A stretch of DNA of 62,697 bases from a virus. Taxonomy: Duplodnaviria > Caudoviricetes. How positions within the stretch are numbered: the stretch's first letter is position 1; each line of letters opens with the position of its first letter. The position numbers and the translations under genes were made by a program. Shown piece after piece: positions 28,927 through 38,445 of the stretch. The stretch covers positions 1 through 62,697 of IMG/VR virus record IMGVR_UViG_3300034418_005398; one strand, 5' to 3'. The notes under the pieces were generated by a model. The model was not told where the DNA came from, did not search any database, and saw only the letters and a list, made by a program, of their open reading frames with translations.

Positions 28927-30854
28927 CGACTATATATCAGAACGTATCGACGGTTATTGACCGCGCGCTATCGCTGGTCAGTAGCGGCATAAATACCAAC
29001 ATAGGCGACCTAAATCCGTCGGACGTAACTATTCCAGCGGTAGACTTTGCCGCCAACGTAACAGCGGACATTCCAGAAAACCCCTCGTTTTCGCCAGCCG
29101 CCCCACCAACGGCGCAGGCTACGGGGGCTGTAGACGATGCCGCATACTCTGCCGCGTCGTCTGTTATTGGCGTGTTTAGTACGCTGACACCGCCTTCCCT
29201 AGATTTTGCTACGCCCGAAACGCCGGACTCGCTCCCCACCGTAGCGGCACCGGTGCCAAATTTAGCGTACCCCGAAGCAAGTTTTATATCTGTAGACGAC
29301 AGCGCCGGACTAAGCCTGCCTACTGCACCAAATGTGCTAGTAGGAGAAGCCCCCGAGCTTACCGACATACCTGAGCTAAACTTCGATTACACGCCAGTCT
29401 CGCTGTTTACTGGGGTTTTGCCTGACGGCCCACAAGATGCAAACGTAGATGAACTGGTGGCACCGGGGCCGCTAGTGCTAACGCCAGCTACAGCGGCAGT
29501 ATCCGCCGCGCTGCAAGTTGAGCCAGACGATACAGGCGTGTCGGCACTGGCTACCCGCCAACTAACGCAGATAGAGCGCCAGCGACACGACGCGACACGG
29601 CAGGCGTTTATAGAGAGCGCTGCTAAAGGTATGTCCAGCACGTCCGGCACCCTAGCGGGCGTACTCCACAAAGTACTAACGGACGCAGAAGATAAGGCAT
29701 CTGACGTGTCAGCCGCCGCCCAAGAACAAGTCGCTAACGACGCTGTATCCGTAACTTCTGCGGCGTTTGGCGCCGCTACGACCATAGAGCAGGCGGCTTT
29801 TAGCGCGCACACTTCCAGTGCCGTAGCGGTGATTCAGGCGTTTAAGCACAACGCAAACATGCACATACAGTTGTTTAACGCTACAGCCAAGGCGTACAAC
29901 GAGCATTTACGCGCCGCTAAAATCATTGTGGATATGTACGGCGAGTATGTAAAAACTACACTAGCACAACAAAAAGCCAAAAACGCAGAAATATCTGAAG
30001 ATAGGGCCATTCTAACCACCAACAAAGCTAAGTTAGGCATATACGACGCGCAGATAGATACTACAAACGTACAAGCAAACATTTATAGCACTGAGGTTAA
30101 AGCAAATACCTTACCTATAAAAGAATTTGCTATTTATCTTCGCGGGCTAAATACGAACTTAGACATAGCTAGGGTAAACGTAGAAGCCTACGCAAGCGCC
30201 GTTAAGGGCTACGTATCTGCGGTAGATGTAGATAAAGCTAAAATTAGCGCTTACGCTGCCCAAGTGCGCGCGGAAGGCTCGGCCACTAATGTTTATAAGG
30301 CTAACTGGGACGCATACGGCGTAGCGCTAGGCGCAAACCAAAGCATAAACGAGGCGGCGCGCGGGTTTAACGCGGCGAGTGCGCAAGCGGTCAATGCCGA
30401 AATCGGCGTATTTAGGGCGGCGGCTGACCAGCAACGGTCATATATACAGGCGCTTACGCAGTGGATTAGTACAAACAACGCCATTGTTGCGGACCACTCC
30501 CGAGCGTTGCAGGCGGCAGTCCAGTTTGCGAGCCAAAAAGCCGGGGTGTCTGTTAGCTTAGAAAATGCTAGACTCGACGTAGAACTAGCTTTGGCTGATA
30601 CAAATGCACTACAGCAATCTTTAGAAAGCCAGCGACAAGCGGCCCAAGCCACTATTGACGCAGGTTTAGCTTCTTCAGAAGCTACCACTTACGCAGGGCT
30701 GGCGCAGGCCGCGTATGCAATTAGAAGTGTATCTGCAAGTCTTGGCTCGTCAGCAGGGGATAACACGGGGTATAATTTCAATAGTAGTGCATCAGAAACA
30801 GATTCGTATACAAGATCGTACTCATACAGTAAAAGTCGATCCATAACGGTGTAA
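28923..30854 (+). CDS. Virion protein, probable paralogue of 26929-28926
   Basis: 643 aa with Pro-rich then Ala-rich helical regions and a Ser-rich SASL tail. ATGA overlap. Confidence 0.7.
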   Translation: MTTIYQNVSTVIDRALSLVSSGINTNIGDLNPSDVTIPAVDFAANVTADIPENPSFSPAAPPTAQATGAVDDAAYSAASSVIGVFSTLTPPSLDFATPETPDSLPTVAAPVPNLAYPEASFISVDDSAGLSLPTAPNVLVGEAPELTDIPELNFDYTPVSLFTGVLPDGPQDANVDELVAPGPLVLTPATAAVSAALQVEPDDTGVSALATRQLTQIERQRHDATRQAFIESAAKGMSSTSGTLAGVLHKVLTDAEDKASDVSAAAQEQVANDAVSVTSAAFGAATTIEQAAFSAHTSSAVAVIQAFKHNANMHIQLFNATAKAYNEHLRAAKIIVDMYGEYVKTTLAQQKAKNAEISEDRAILTTNKAKLGIYDAQIDTTNVQANIYSTEVKANTLPIKEFAIYLRGLNTNLDIARVNVEAYASAVKGYVSAVDVDKAKISAYAAQVRAEGSATNVYKANWDAYGVALGANQSINEAARGFNAASAQAVNAEIGVFRAAADQQRSYIQALTQWISTNNAIVADHSRALQAAVQFASQKAGVSVSLENARLDVELALADTNALQQSLESQRQAAQATIDAGLASSEATTYAGLAQAAYAIRSVSASLGSSAGDNTGYNFNSSASETDSYTRSYSYSKSRSITV

Positions 30855-30863
30855 GGTAAACTT

Positions 30864-31622
30864 ATGGCAACTTTTGAAGAAGACTTTAGCCGCGCATTAG
30901 AAAGCAAGCTAGCTACCGCAGAAGCCGACCGTGCTCTAACTGGCGCGCGGACTACTGAAACGGAGCAGGCGGCACAGGCACAGGCACTAACCACAGGCTT
31001 GACGGGCGGTCAATTTGCCGCGTATTCCGACCCTGCGCAAGTTAGTGCTCTGCGCCAGAATCTTGCCGGACAAGGCTTTGGTTCTGCCATTTCTCGGCAA
31101 CCTAGCGCGCCTAGAGACTTTACTAGTACTAGCACTCCGCGCGCTATTTCTTTTGGTCCTAACGAGGGCACCCAAGGGTTTAGTCCGCTTGGGTTTAAAG
31201 ATGGCGGAGTAGTTGCCCCCGGCGATATGCGTATGAGTCCGCTGTATAAGCAGTACGTAAAGGCTATGAAAAACGCGGGTTTGGGCAAGTCTGTACTGCC
31301 TCCCGAGCAAGCTATTCCTAGAATTGCACAACAGCAGGCGCAGTTGGCTAGACAGCTGGCAAAGCAAACAAATATGGGCGGTACTGGAGCTATGGGCTTC
31401 GCCGATGGGGGAGAAGTGGATGTAGGCGGTGCATTGCTTGACGGCCCCGGCACTGCAAAATCTGATTCTATTCCCGCTATGATCGACGGAGAGCAACCCG
31501 CAGCATTGTCTAAGGGTGAGTTCGTTATTCCTAAGAAAGTAGTAGATTACTACGGCACTAAGTTTTTAGATGCTATGGTAGACAAAGCTAGGATGGCGAT
31601 GAAGAAACAGGCGATAGCGTAA
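30864..31622 (+). CDS. Putative internal virion/ejection protein
   Basis: FKDGGVV and FADGGEV...GPGTAKSDSIPA...LSKGEFVIP...YYG motifs. Confidence 0.65.
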   Translation: MATFEEDFSRALESKLATAEADRALTGARTTETEQAAQAQALTTGLTGGQFAAYSDPAQVSALRQNLAGQGFGSAISRQPSAPRDFTSTSTPRAISFGPNEGTQGFSPLGFKDGGVVAPGDMRMSPLYKQYVKAMKNAGLGKSVLPPEQAIPRIAQQQAQLARQLAKQTNMGGTGAMGFADGGEVDVGGALLDGPGTAKSDSIPAMIDGEQPAALSKGEFVIPKKVVDYYGTKFLDAMVDKARMAMKKQAIA

Positions 31623-31623
31623 T

Positions 31624-33630
31624 ATGAATGTGCGGATTTTATCGAACGCCGAGCTTGACGCCCAAGAAGCACGGGCGCTAGTTGATGATGAGGAAATGGA
31701 GTCGCCCGTTATGGACGACTTGGCCCAGCATATACACCACTGCTGGGAAGCGGCACGGACGCAGAAACAGATGGTTCGCGACCGTATCCTTAAATCGCAA
31801 AGAGCGCGGCGCGGCGAATATGATCCGCAGAAGCTACGTGCAATTCGCGAGACCGGCGGCTCTGAAGAATATGGCCGCGTAACCTCCAACAAATGCCGTG
31901 TAGCCGAGTCTTGGCTACGAGACGTCTATCTAGGACAAGCCGAGCGCGCGTGGACTGTTAAGCCTACGCCGTCGCCGGAGTTGCCCCCGGAAGACAAAGC
32001 GCAACTTGAGGAAGCTATCCAAAACGAGTTACTAGAAGCCGTCGCTGCATACGGGAAGGCGCCTTCGCAAACCATGATCCAGTCGCGCCGAAACGAGCTT
32101 ACTGATGCTGTCCGCATGCGAGTAAGCGAAGAAGCGCGCATCGCCGTTGAGCGCATGGAGCAAGTAATTGCTGACCAGCTAGCCGAGTGTGGATGGGACA
32201 AAGAGTGGGCCGATTTTCTTAACGATTTTGCAACGTACCCTGCGGCGCATTTTAAAGGGCCAATCGTACGCCGGCGCACCGAGCTTGAGTGGACTAGCAA
32301 AAACGGCAAATGGAACGCTAAGCCAAAAGAGATTTTTGCCCCCACCGTAGAGCGCGTTGACCCAATTCGTTGCTACCCGTCCCCCGATGCAATCACGCCG
32401 CAAGATGGCTATTTTATTGAGCACATTACGCTTAGTCGTGGCGAGTTGTACGATCTAATCGGACTAGAAGGGTTTAGCGAGGAGCACATTCGCGCAGCGC
32501 TTACCGACGGAGAAGGCGGCAGTCTCACTAACTGGTTAGGACTAACAGACGCTGATGAGATGGACTCTGAAATGGACAGGCTTACGCACTTATCGCCTGA
32601 CCACCGCTATGACGCGTTGGAGTTCCACGGCCCTGTTAGCGGGCAAGACCTTATTGACTGGGGGCTTGATGACATCGACGACCCCGAGCGCGACTACGAA
32701 GTGTGCGCGTGGGTGTTGGGCCGGCACGTTATTAAGGCTACATTGAACGACGATCCACTGGGCCGACGCCCGTACTACAAAGCCTGCTGGGAAGAAGTGC
32801 CCGGTGAGTATTGGGGCCAAAGCCTGCCAGATGCGCTCGACGATGTGCAGGGCGTAGTAAATGCGGCTATTCGCTCACTCGTTAACAACATGAGTATGGC
32901 ATCTGGCCCACAGGCGGTAGTCAACGTAGACCGACTGCCTCCGGGCGAAGAAATTGAGGGCATGCAGCCTTGGAAGATTTGGCAGGTGCACGACAGCCAG
33001 TACGGTGGTAGCGGCGCCCCCATCAACTTCTTTCAGCCAAACACCAACTCCGCAGAGCTTCTAAATGTTCTTGAGCGGTTTTACACCTTTGCTGATGACT
33101 GGAGCCTTATCCCGCGATACATGCAGGGTAGTGGCGGCGGTCTAAGCGGCGGCATCGGGCGTACAGCGTCCGGCCTTTCTATGCTGTTCAACGCGGCAAA
33201 CAAAGGGCTTAAAGGCGTAGTATCTACTGTAGATACAAACGTGCTGTCCCCGCTTATCGAAGCTATGTACGCATTTAATATGATGTACAACGACGACGAG
33301 TCGATCAAAGGAGACGCCCAAGTAGAGGCGCGCGGAGCCATTTCGCTCATGCAGCTTGAAACCTTGCAGTTGCGCAGAAATGAGTTCTTGCAGGCGACAG
33401 CTAACCCTATGGATTCTCAGATTGTTGGCCCAGAAGGGCGGGCAGAGATTCTACGCGAAGTGGCCAAAGGGCTTGAGATGGACGTAAATAGGCTTGTCCC
33501 CCGTCGCGGCCAAGTGCCGCAGTTGCCTCCGCAAGAAGGGCAGCAACAGCCACAAGTGGGCGGGGGACAAAACCTAGAGAATGGAGCCGCAGTTACCGAT
33601 AATTTTAGCCCTAACGGTATGACTCCTTAG
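31624..33630 (+). CDS. Portal protein
   Basis: 668 aa. RVDPIRCYPSP, RRPYY...VPGEYWGQSL...QGVVNAAIRSLVNNM...GPQ, GRTASGLSML. Precedes scaffold and capsid. Confidence 0.88.
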   Translation: MNVRILSNAELDAQEARALVDDEEMESPVMDDLAQHIHHCWEAARTQKQMVRDRILKSQRARRGEYDPQKLRAIRETGGSEEYGRVTSNKCRVAESWLRDVYLGQAERAWTVKPTPSPELPPEDKAQLEEAIQNELLEAVAAYGKAPSQTMIQSRRNELTDAVRMRVSEEARIAVERMEQVIADQLAECGWDKEWADFLNDFATYPAAHFKGPIVRRRTELEWTSKNGKWNAKPKEIFAPTVERVDPIRCYPSPDAITPQDGYFIEHITLSRGELYDLIGLEGFSEEHIRAALTDGEGGSLTNWLGLTDADEMDSEMDRLTHLSPDHRYDALEFHGPVSGQDLIDWGLDDIDDPERDYEVCAWVLGRHVIKATLNDDPLGRRPYYKACWEEVPGEYWGQSLPDALDDVQGVVNAAIRSLVNNMSMASGPQAVVNVDRLPPGEEIEGMQPWKIWQVHDSQYGGSGAPINFFQPNTNSAELLNVLERFYTFADDWSLIPRYMQGSGGGLSGGIGRTASGLSMLFNAANKGLKGVVSTVDTNVLSPLIEAMYAFNMMYNDDESIKGDAQVEARGAISLMQLETLQLRRNEFLQATANPMDSQIVGPEGRAEILREVAKGLEMDVNRLVPRRGQVPQLPPQEGQQQPQVGGGQNLENGAAVTDNFSPNGMTP

Positions 33631-33661
33631 TTGACAATAAATACATTGTTAGGAGTATAAT
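33631..33661 (+). promoter_or_regulatory. Promoter-like TTGACA-N19-TATAAT with internal dyad
   Basis: Perfect hexamers with a 19-bp spacer and an ACAAT-N6-ATTGT dyad running from the -35 into the spacer. Overlaps the RBS and start of the next ORF. Confidence 0.4.
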
Positions 33662-33896
33662 GAAAATAGATCGACCCACATTAGAAATTTTGGCCCGTGT
33701 AAATATGCACGAGCCGAAATTTGTTGAATGGCTAGAAAGCCGTTTAGCAAAACATCGTGACGATGCCCTTATGGGACGTGACGAAATAGACGTGCGAATA
33801 GCACAAGGGCGCGGACGAGAAATAGCTGAGATTATTCGACTATTATCCGACGCAAATGAACACCTTAGAAAAGCGGAAAACCGAGCATCCAGTTAG
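33660..33896 (+). CDS. Small hypothetical protein between portal and scaffold
   Basis: AGGAG RBS. RIAQGR motif typical of this position in podophage head operons. Confidence 0.8.
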   Translation: MKIDRPTLEILARVNMHEPKFVEWLESRLAKHRDDALMGRDEIDVRIAQGRGREIAEIIRLLSDANEHLRKAENRASS

Positions 33897-33932
33897 GAAT
33901 AGCACACGGACCCGGCATCGAGGAAGAAAGCT

Positions 33933-34991
33933 ATGGTATTTGACCCCAAAAAGTTAGGCGAAGAAGCGGATCAGCTTATTCAAACCCTGAATCAACAGCA
34001 GGCGCAGGCAGCAGAGGCAGAAGAACCAGCTGAAGCGGCAGTTGAAGATCAGGCGATAGAGATGGAAGCCGACGCTATCGCGGATGATGAGGTCGTAGCA
34101 ATAGACGATCAAGGAACTAGCGACCACACCGATGAGTCGCCAGAGGCCGAACCGCAAGCGGCTACAGACAGCGAGGCTATCGCCGAACTGCGCAAGCAGA
34201 TAGAGGCATCCGAGCAGAAGTGGCGCGTTTTGCAGGGGATGATTAACAAGAAAGATCAAGAACTAGAGGCTATGCGGGAACTGTTCGCTCAAGTTGAGTC
34301 AACACCCCCCGCCGCAGAGGAGCAGAAGTTGTCGGTGCCGCAGGCGACACCACAGCTGACGCAAAAAGACGTCGAGGAGTATGGTAGTGAGCTAGTAGAT
34401 ATGGTTAAGCGCGCTGCGCAAGACGTATCTAATAGCACTACAGCCGATATTCTACATTTAGTAGAAGAAAGGCTAAAGAAACTCGAAGGTTCTGTACAGA
34501 CTGTAGAACAGTCTACCGCTCGTACAGCACAAGAAGTCTTCTTTGATAGTCTGACTAAATCAGTACCAAGTTGGCAACAGCTAAATACTGATGAAACGTT
34601 CTTGAACTGGCTTAACCAGCCAGAGCCGATGGTAGGAGCGCCAAGACTGCAACTATTGCAAGATGCAGTGGCTAAGCAAGACGTTCGACGGGCAGCGTCG
34701 TTTTTCAATACATTTGAACAACTTATGGGTGTATCTGAAGAACCTGCGTCAACGGAAGAACTTGCTGAAACCGAAGCCTCCGCACCTAGCGAAAAGCTGG
34801 CTAAGAAAGTTGTTCCCGGCAGAGGGCGAGCCGCAACGCCTAAAGGCCAAGGTGGTAAAATGGAGTGGGATCGTAAGTCCATCGCCAAGTTATATGATGA
34901 CAAACGTTTGGGTAGAATTTCACCTAAAGAGTTTGATAAACTTGAACGCGATTTATTCCGAGCGCAATCCGAAGGTAGGATTGCAGTTTAA
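33933..34991 (+). CDS. Capsid scaffolding protein (putative)
   Basis: Acidic coiled coil, KWRVLQG, VPSWQQLNTDETFLNWL, C-terminal AQSEGRI. Directly upstream of the capsid gene. Confidence 0.8.
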   Translation: MVFDPKKLGEEADQLIQTLNQQQAQAAEAEEPAEAAVEDQAIEMEADAIADDEVVAIDDQGTSDHTDESPEAEPQAATDSEAIAELRKQIEASEQKWRVLQGMINKKDQELEAMRELFAQVESTPPAAEEQKLSVPQATPQLTQKDVEEYGSELVDMVKRAAQDVSNSTTADILHLVEERLKKLEGSVQTVEQSTARTAQEVFFDSLTKSVPSWQQLNTDETFLNWLNQPEPMVGAPRLQLLQDAVAKQDVRRAASFFNTFEQLMGVSEEPASTEELAETEASAPSEKLAKKVVPGRGRAATPKGQGGKMEWDRKSIAKLYDDKRLGRISPKEFDKLERDLFRAQSEGRIAV

Positions 34992-35017
34992 TATGGGCCT
35001 AACTCTAGGAGAGTAAC

Positions 35018-35938
35018 ATGGCATATCCTCACGCAAGCGGGACAGTATCGTATAGCGGTACTTTTATCCCAGAAATCTGGTCAAAAAAGCTCATCGAAAA
35101 GTTCTACGATGCGACTGTATTGACTGCTATTTCTAACACCGACTACGAAGGTGAAATTCGTAGCCAAGGTGATATGGTAAAGATTCGCACCATTCCCACC
35201 TTGACCATCAACGACTATTCTTCTGGTCAAACTCTGGTAAACCAGCGTCCAGAAAGCGAAATCGTTGAACTCCTTATCGACAAGGGTAAGTATTGGTCTG
35301 CGATTGTTGACGATGTACAAGACATACAGGCTGACCTTGAACTCATGAACATGTGGGCAGGGGACGCGTCAGAGCAGATGAAGATTCGGGTTGACACCGA
35401 AGTTTTGGGTTCTATTGTTCCCGACTTCGCTGCTGAGAACAAAGGCGCTGCCGCCGGTCGTATCTCTGGCAACATCAACCTTGGCGCTACTGGCACTCCG
35501 CTGGCAGTAACTAAGTCTAACATCCTTGACACTATCCTTGATATGGGTCAAGTGCTGGACGAGCAAAACCGCCCCGAGACTGGTCGTTTCTTGGTTATGC
35601 CTTACTGGGCGACTACTCTGCTCAAGAAGTCAGACATCAAAGACGCGTCTTTGACTGGTGACGGCTCATCGCCTCTCCGTAACGGACGAGTTGGTATGAT
35701 TGACCGCTTTGAGATTTATCAGAGCAACAACCTGCCTAAAGTCGTTGACGGCGGCAACAACGCCTTTAACTTCATCGCGGGCGTAAAGAACGGTCTGACG
35801 TTTGCTTCTCAGCTGACCAAGACTGAATCTCTGCGCGCAGAGTCTACTTTCGGTAACATCATGCGTGGCCTGCAAGTTTATGGCTACAAAGTTATCGACG
35901 GCAAGTCTCTCACCGCTGCTTACGCTTACAAGGGATAA
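35018..35938 (+). CDS. Major capsid protein (HK97 fold, P22-coat-like group)
   Basis: FIPEIWSKKL...NTDYEGEI...GDMVKI...RGLQVYGYKVI. Strong AGGAG RBS. Confidence 0.92.
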   Translation: MAYPHASGTVSYSGTFIPEIWSKKLIEKFYDATVLTAISNTDYEGEIRSQGDMVKIRTIPTLTINDYSSGQTLVNQRPESEIVELLIDKGKYWSAIVDDVQDIQADLELMNMWAGDASEQMKIRVDTEVLGSIVPDFAAENKGAAAGRISGNINLGATGTPLAVTKSNILDTILDMGQVLDEQNRPETGRFLVMPYWATTLLKKSDIKDASLTGDGSSPLRNGRVGMIDRFEIYQSNNLPKVVDGGNNAFNFIAGVKNGLTFASQLTKTESLRAESTFGNIMRGLQVYGYKVIDGKSLTAAYAYKG

Positions 35939-35950
35939 GGAGACTGACCT

Positions 35951-36397
35951 ATGGCGACTTATAACGCTTACCCCGGCGCTGACGGGGCACTGATCGTAGA
36001 CGGCAACGGTAGCAATGCTGCTGGCGCCCCTGCGGTAACTGTACTGGATGGTACTTTTGACGCCTCCTTGCTGAACCTTGCTGCTAACGATGTAGTACAA
36101 GTAATCAAAGTGCCCAAGGGTACCTTGGTTCTGAACGTTATGTACGAGGTAATCAACGGTGACGCTACTCAAACTGTCAACATCGGCGACGGTGCTGACG
36201 TAGACGGTTGGGTTGCGGCGGCTAGCGTCGCTACTGCTGGGGCTATCGGTCTCGGCGCTGGTGCGCTCGCCAGTGCTGGCGGCAAGTTCTATTCCGCTGA
36301 CGACACCATCGACATTGAGTGCCCCACTGCTGGTGCGCACGACACAATGAAGATTCGTGTCTTTGCCCACGCCGTTATGTGCGGCGTTGCTGGCTAA
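35951..36397 (+). CDS. Capsid decoration/minor capsid protein
   Basis: Small Gly/Ala-rich beta protein after the MCP, followed by a terminator. Confidence 0.7.
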   Translation: MATYNAYPGADGALIVDGNGSNAAGAPAVTVLDGTFDASLLNLAANDVVQVIKVPKGTLVLNVMYEVINGDATQTVNIGDGADVDGWVAAASVATAGAIGLGAGALASAGGKFYSADDTIDIECPTAGAHDTMKIRVFAHAVMCGVAG

Positions 36398-36421
36398 TCG
36401 GTCCGTTTTGTGGGACTCTTT

Positions 36422-36449
36422 AGGGGAGCTATGCTCCCCTCTTTTTATT
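36422..36449 (+). terminator. Rho-independent terminator
   Basis: AGGGGAGC-TAT-GCTCCCCT followed by CTTTTTATT. Confidence 0.85.
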
Positions 36450-36463
36450 AAGGAATGTGAATT

Positions 36464-36694
36464 ATGCCTAAGATGCTTCGACACGAAAAAACGGGTGATT
36501 TGTATATCTATACCGCTGCATTAGCGACCCGAGAAGATATGGTAGAGGTAGAAGACGAGCCTACGCCGGAGCCTACCCCTGCACCTAAGCCAAAAGCTAA
36601 AGCTAAGCCAAAAGCTGAGCCTAAGCCTATCGTTGAGGAAGAATCTGAAGTAAAATCAGAGGATGACCTAGACTCTCTCTTTGGCGAGGAGTAA
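36464..36694 (+). CDS. Hypothetical protein (Pro/Lys-rich linker, acidic tail)
   Basis: AAGGA RBS. Lies in the head-tail region. Confidence 0.75.
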   Translation: MPKMLRHEKTGDLYIYTAALATREDMVEVEDEPTPEPTPAPKPKAKAKPKAEPKPIVEEESEVKSEDDLDSLFGEE

Positions 36695-36697
36695 TAC

Positions 36698-37330
36698 ATG
36701 ACCGGCTCAGAGTTAATCGCGTATACACGCACGTTGTTGGCTGATTCTACTGAGCCGTATCTTTGGTCAGACGACTTCCTACTAACCGCTCTGCAAGAGG
36801 CGGAGCGGCTATTTTGTATGCGCACGCACCTGAACGTAGTAGAGGAGTCGGTGACCACAGCTGCGGACTCCAGCACCTACGCGTTACCAGAAAACACACT
36901 AAAGGTTGTCTTCGCACACATAGACGACACGCCTGTAGACCGGCTAACTGCGCCAAGCAGTACTGTCTATCTGCGTAGTGCTAGGGGTAAGCCTACGGGG
37001 TATGTTACTGGTTTTCCCACACGCAATGTTACGTTTTACCCCACACCAGATGCCGCGTACATTGTAGATTTAATTATAGCCGCCTTGCCCGAAGAAGGGT
37101 TTGGCGCTAGCGACGATCCGGTTGTCCCTGCTGAGTGGCAGTTGCTGCTCGCGGACTTCGCGGCACACAAAGCACTTATCACTAACGATGTAGATGGTAA
37201 CAACGTAGGCACTGCGACGACGTTTATGCAGCGCTGGGAGCTTGGCGTTCTGGAAGCTAAGCGTATGGACTATCTGCTACGCACATCGCCCCGTGCGCCC
37301 CTGCGCTCGTGGACAGGAGGTAAACGGTAA
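36698..37330 (+). CDS. Head-tail adaptor/connector protein
   Basis: LADSTEPYLWSDDFL...GKPT...FYPTPD...PAEWQLLL pattern of podovirus adaptors. Confidence 0.75.
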   Translation: MTGSELIAYTRTLLADSTEPYLWSDDFLLTALQEAERLFCMRTHLNVVEESVTTAADSSTYALPENTLKVVFAHIDDTPVDRLTAPSSTVYLRSARGKPTGYVTGFPTRNVTFYPTPDAAYIVDLIIAALPEEGFGASDDPVVPAEWQLLLADFAAHKALITNDVDGNNVGTATTFMQRWELGVLEAKRMDYLLRTSPRAPLRSWTGGKR

Positions 37331-38445
37331 TGGCTAGAAACCCGGCACTAGAGAGGGAACAAGCAGCTTCGCTTACACAGGCGCTAGGCATCCCCACTAA
37401 CTCTAGCAATAACAGCGGTATAGCGCGCGCTCGTGCTAACCAAAGGGGGAACCCTGCGCCCCCTGCGCCCCCTGCGCCCCCTGCGCCCCCTGCGCCCCCT
37501 GCGGATACAGCCCCTGCGGGTAAGGCTGACACTGCCCCGTTGCAAAATACAAACCTTAACGATTCGCCCGATATGGGCCAGCGTATAGATAGGGACCAGC
37601 GTATAAAAGACAGTGTGGCCCGAACTTTTGCCTTTACGCCCCCTCAGTACTCGGCTGATGATTTGACCCGCAGGGCTATTGACCTCGCGTCTTCTGCCGA
37701 GTTTATGCCCCGCTACGAGAGCCGTACGGCTATCAATATCCCTAACAGACAGCAGGCTATGCGCGAGAATCTGGCTATGGAGCGGGCCGCTAAGCAGGGT
37801 GATTTCTACGACCGCATGAACCAAGTCGGCTTTGTTACGCCAGACTTGCTCAGAATGGCTATTCAAGACCGCCAAGCGTCTAGGGCGCTGGCCGCAGATA
37901 GCGTCCGCGAAGGTGGGCGCCAAGGGTTGTTGTCCCAGAAGCAGGCGCTCGACGAAGCACGGCTAGCCGAGGAGATTGGGCAGGCTGAGTATAAGTCTGG
38001 CGTTGACCGTAACGCGATGCAACGGGATTTGGCGCAGATTCTAGCGAATGCCGGCTTGCAGCAGAGGGCTACGGATGTGGCCGAGCTGGGTAACATCCTT
38101 GCTAACAACCTAGGGGTAACGCAAGCCAATATAGGCGGTCTCGAAACGTACTTAAATTTGACTAGAGACTCTGTGACGGGTCAAGACAAAGACCCCTTCG
38201 GGCGGTCGCAGGGAGTTAGAGACCTGCTGGAGATGCTAGGACTAGACCCGGAAAAATACGCCGAGCCGGGTAGAGTACGGCTTGCCGATGGCGGCGAAGT
38301 TAGTATGGAAAACCCCACAGCCGAAGGCAAAACGGCTGGGCTAGACACGGGCGACTATGTGTTCCCTGCGGAAGCCGTGCGGTTTTACGGCATGAAGACT
38401 ATTAAAGCGATGGTCGAAAAAGCGATGATGGCGGATGATGCTTAA
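37330..38445 (+). CDS. Putative ejection (internal virion) protein
   Basis: Gln/Ala-rich helical protein before the giant ORF. C-terminal LADGGEV...GDYVFPAEAVRFYG. Confidence 0.65.
   Translation: MARNPALEREQAASLTQALGIPTNSSNNSGIARARANQRGNPAPPAPPAPPAPPAPPADTAPAGKADTAPLQNTNLNDSPDMGQRIDRDQRIKDSVARTFAFTPPQYSADDLTRRAIDLASSAEFMPRYESRTAINIPNRQQAMRENLAMERAAKQGDFYDRMNQVGFVTPDLLRMAIQDRQASRALAADSVREGGRQGLLSQKQALDEARLAEEIGQAEYKSGVDRNAMQRDLAQILANAGLQQRATDVAELGNILANNLGVTQANIGGLETYLNLTRDSVTGQDKDPFGRSQGVRDLLEMLGLDPEKYAEPGRVRLADGGEVSMENPTAEGKTAGLDTGDYVFPAEAVRFYGMKTIKAMVEKAMMADDA
37453..37503 (+). repeat. 9-bp in-frame tandem repeat (CCTGCGCCC) x5.7
   Basis: Encodes (PAP)n. Confidence 0.95.
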
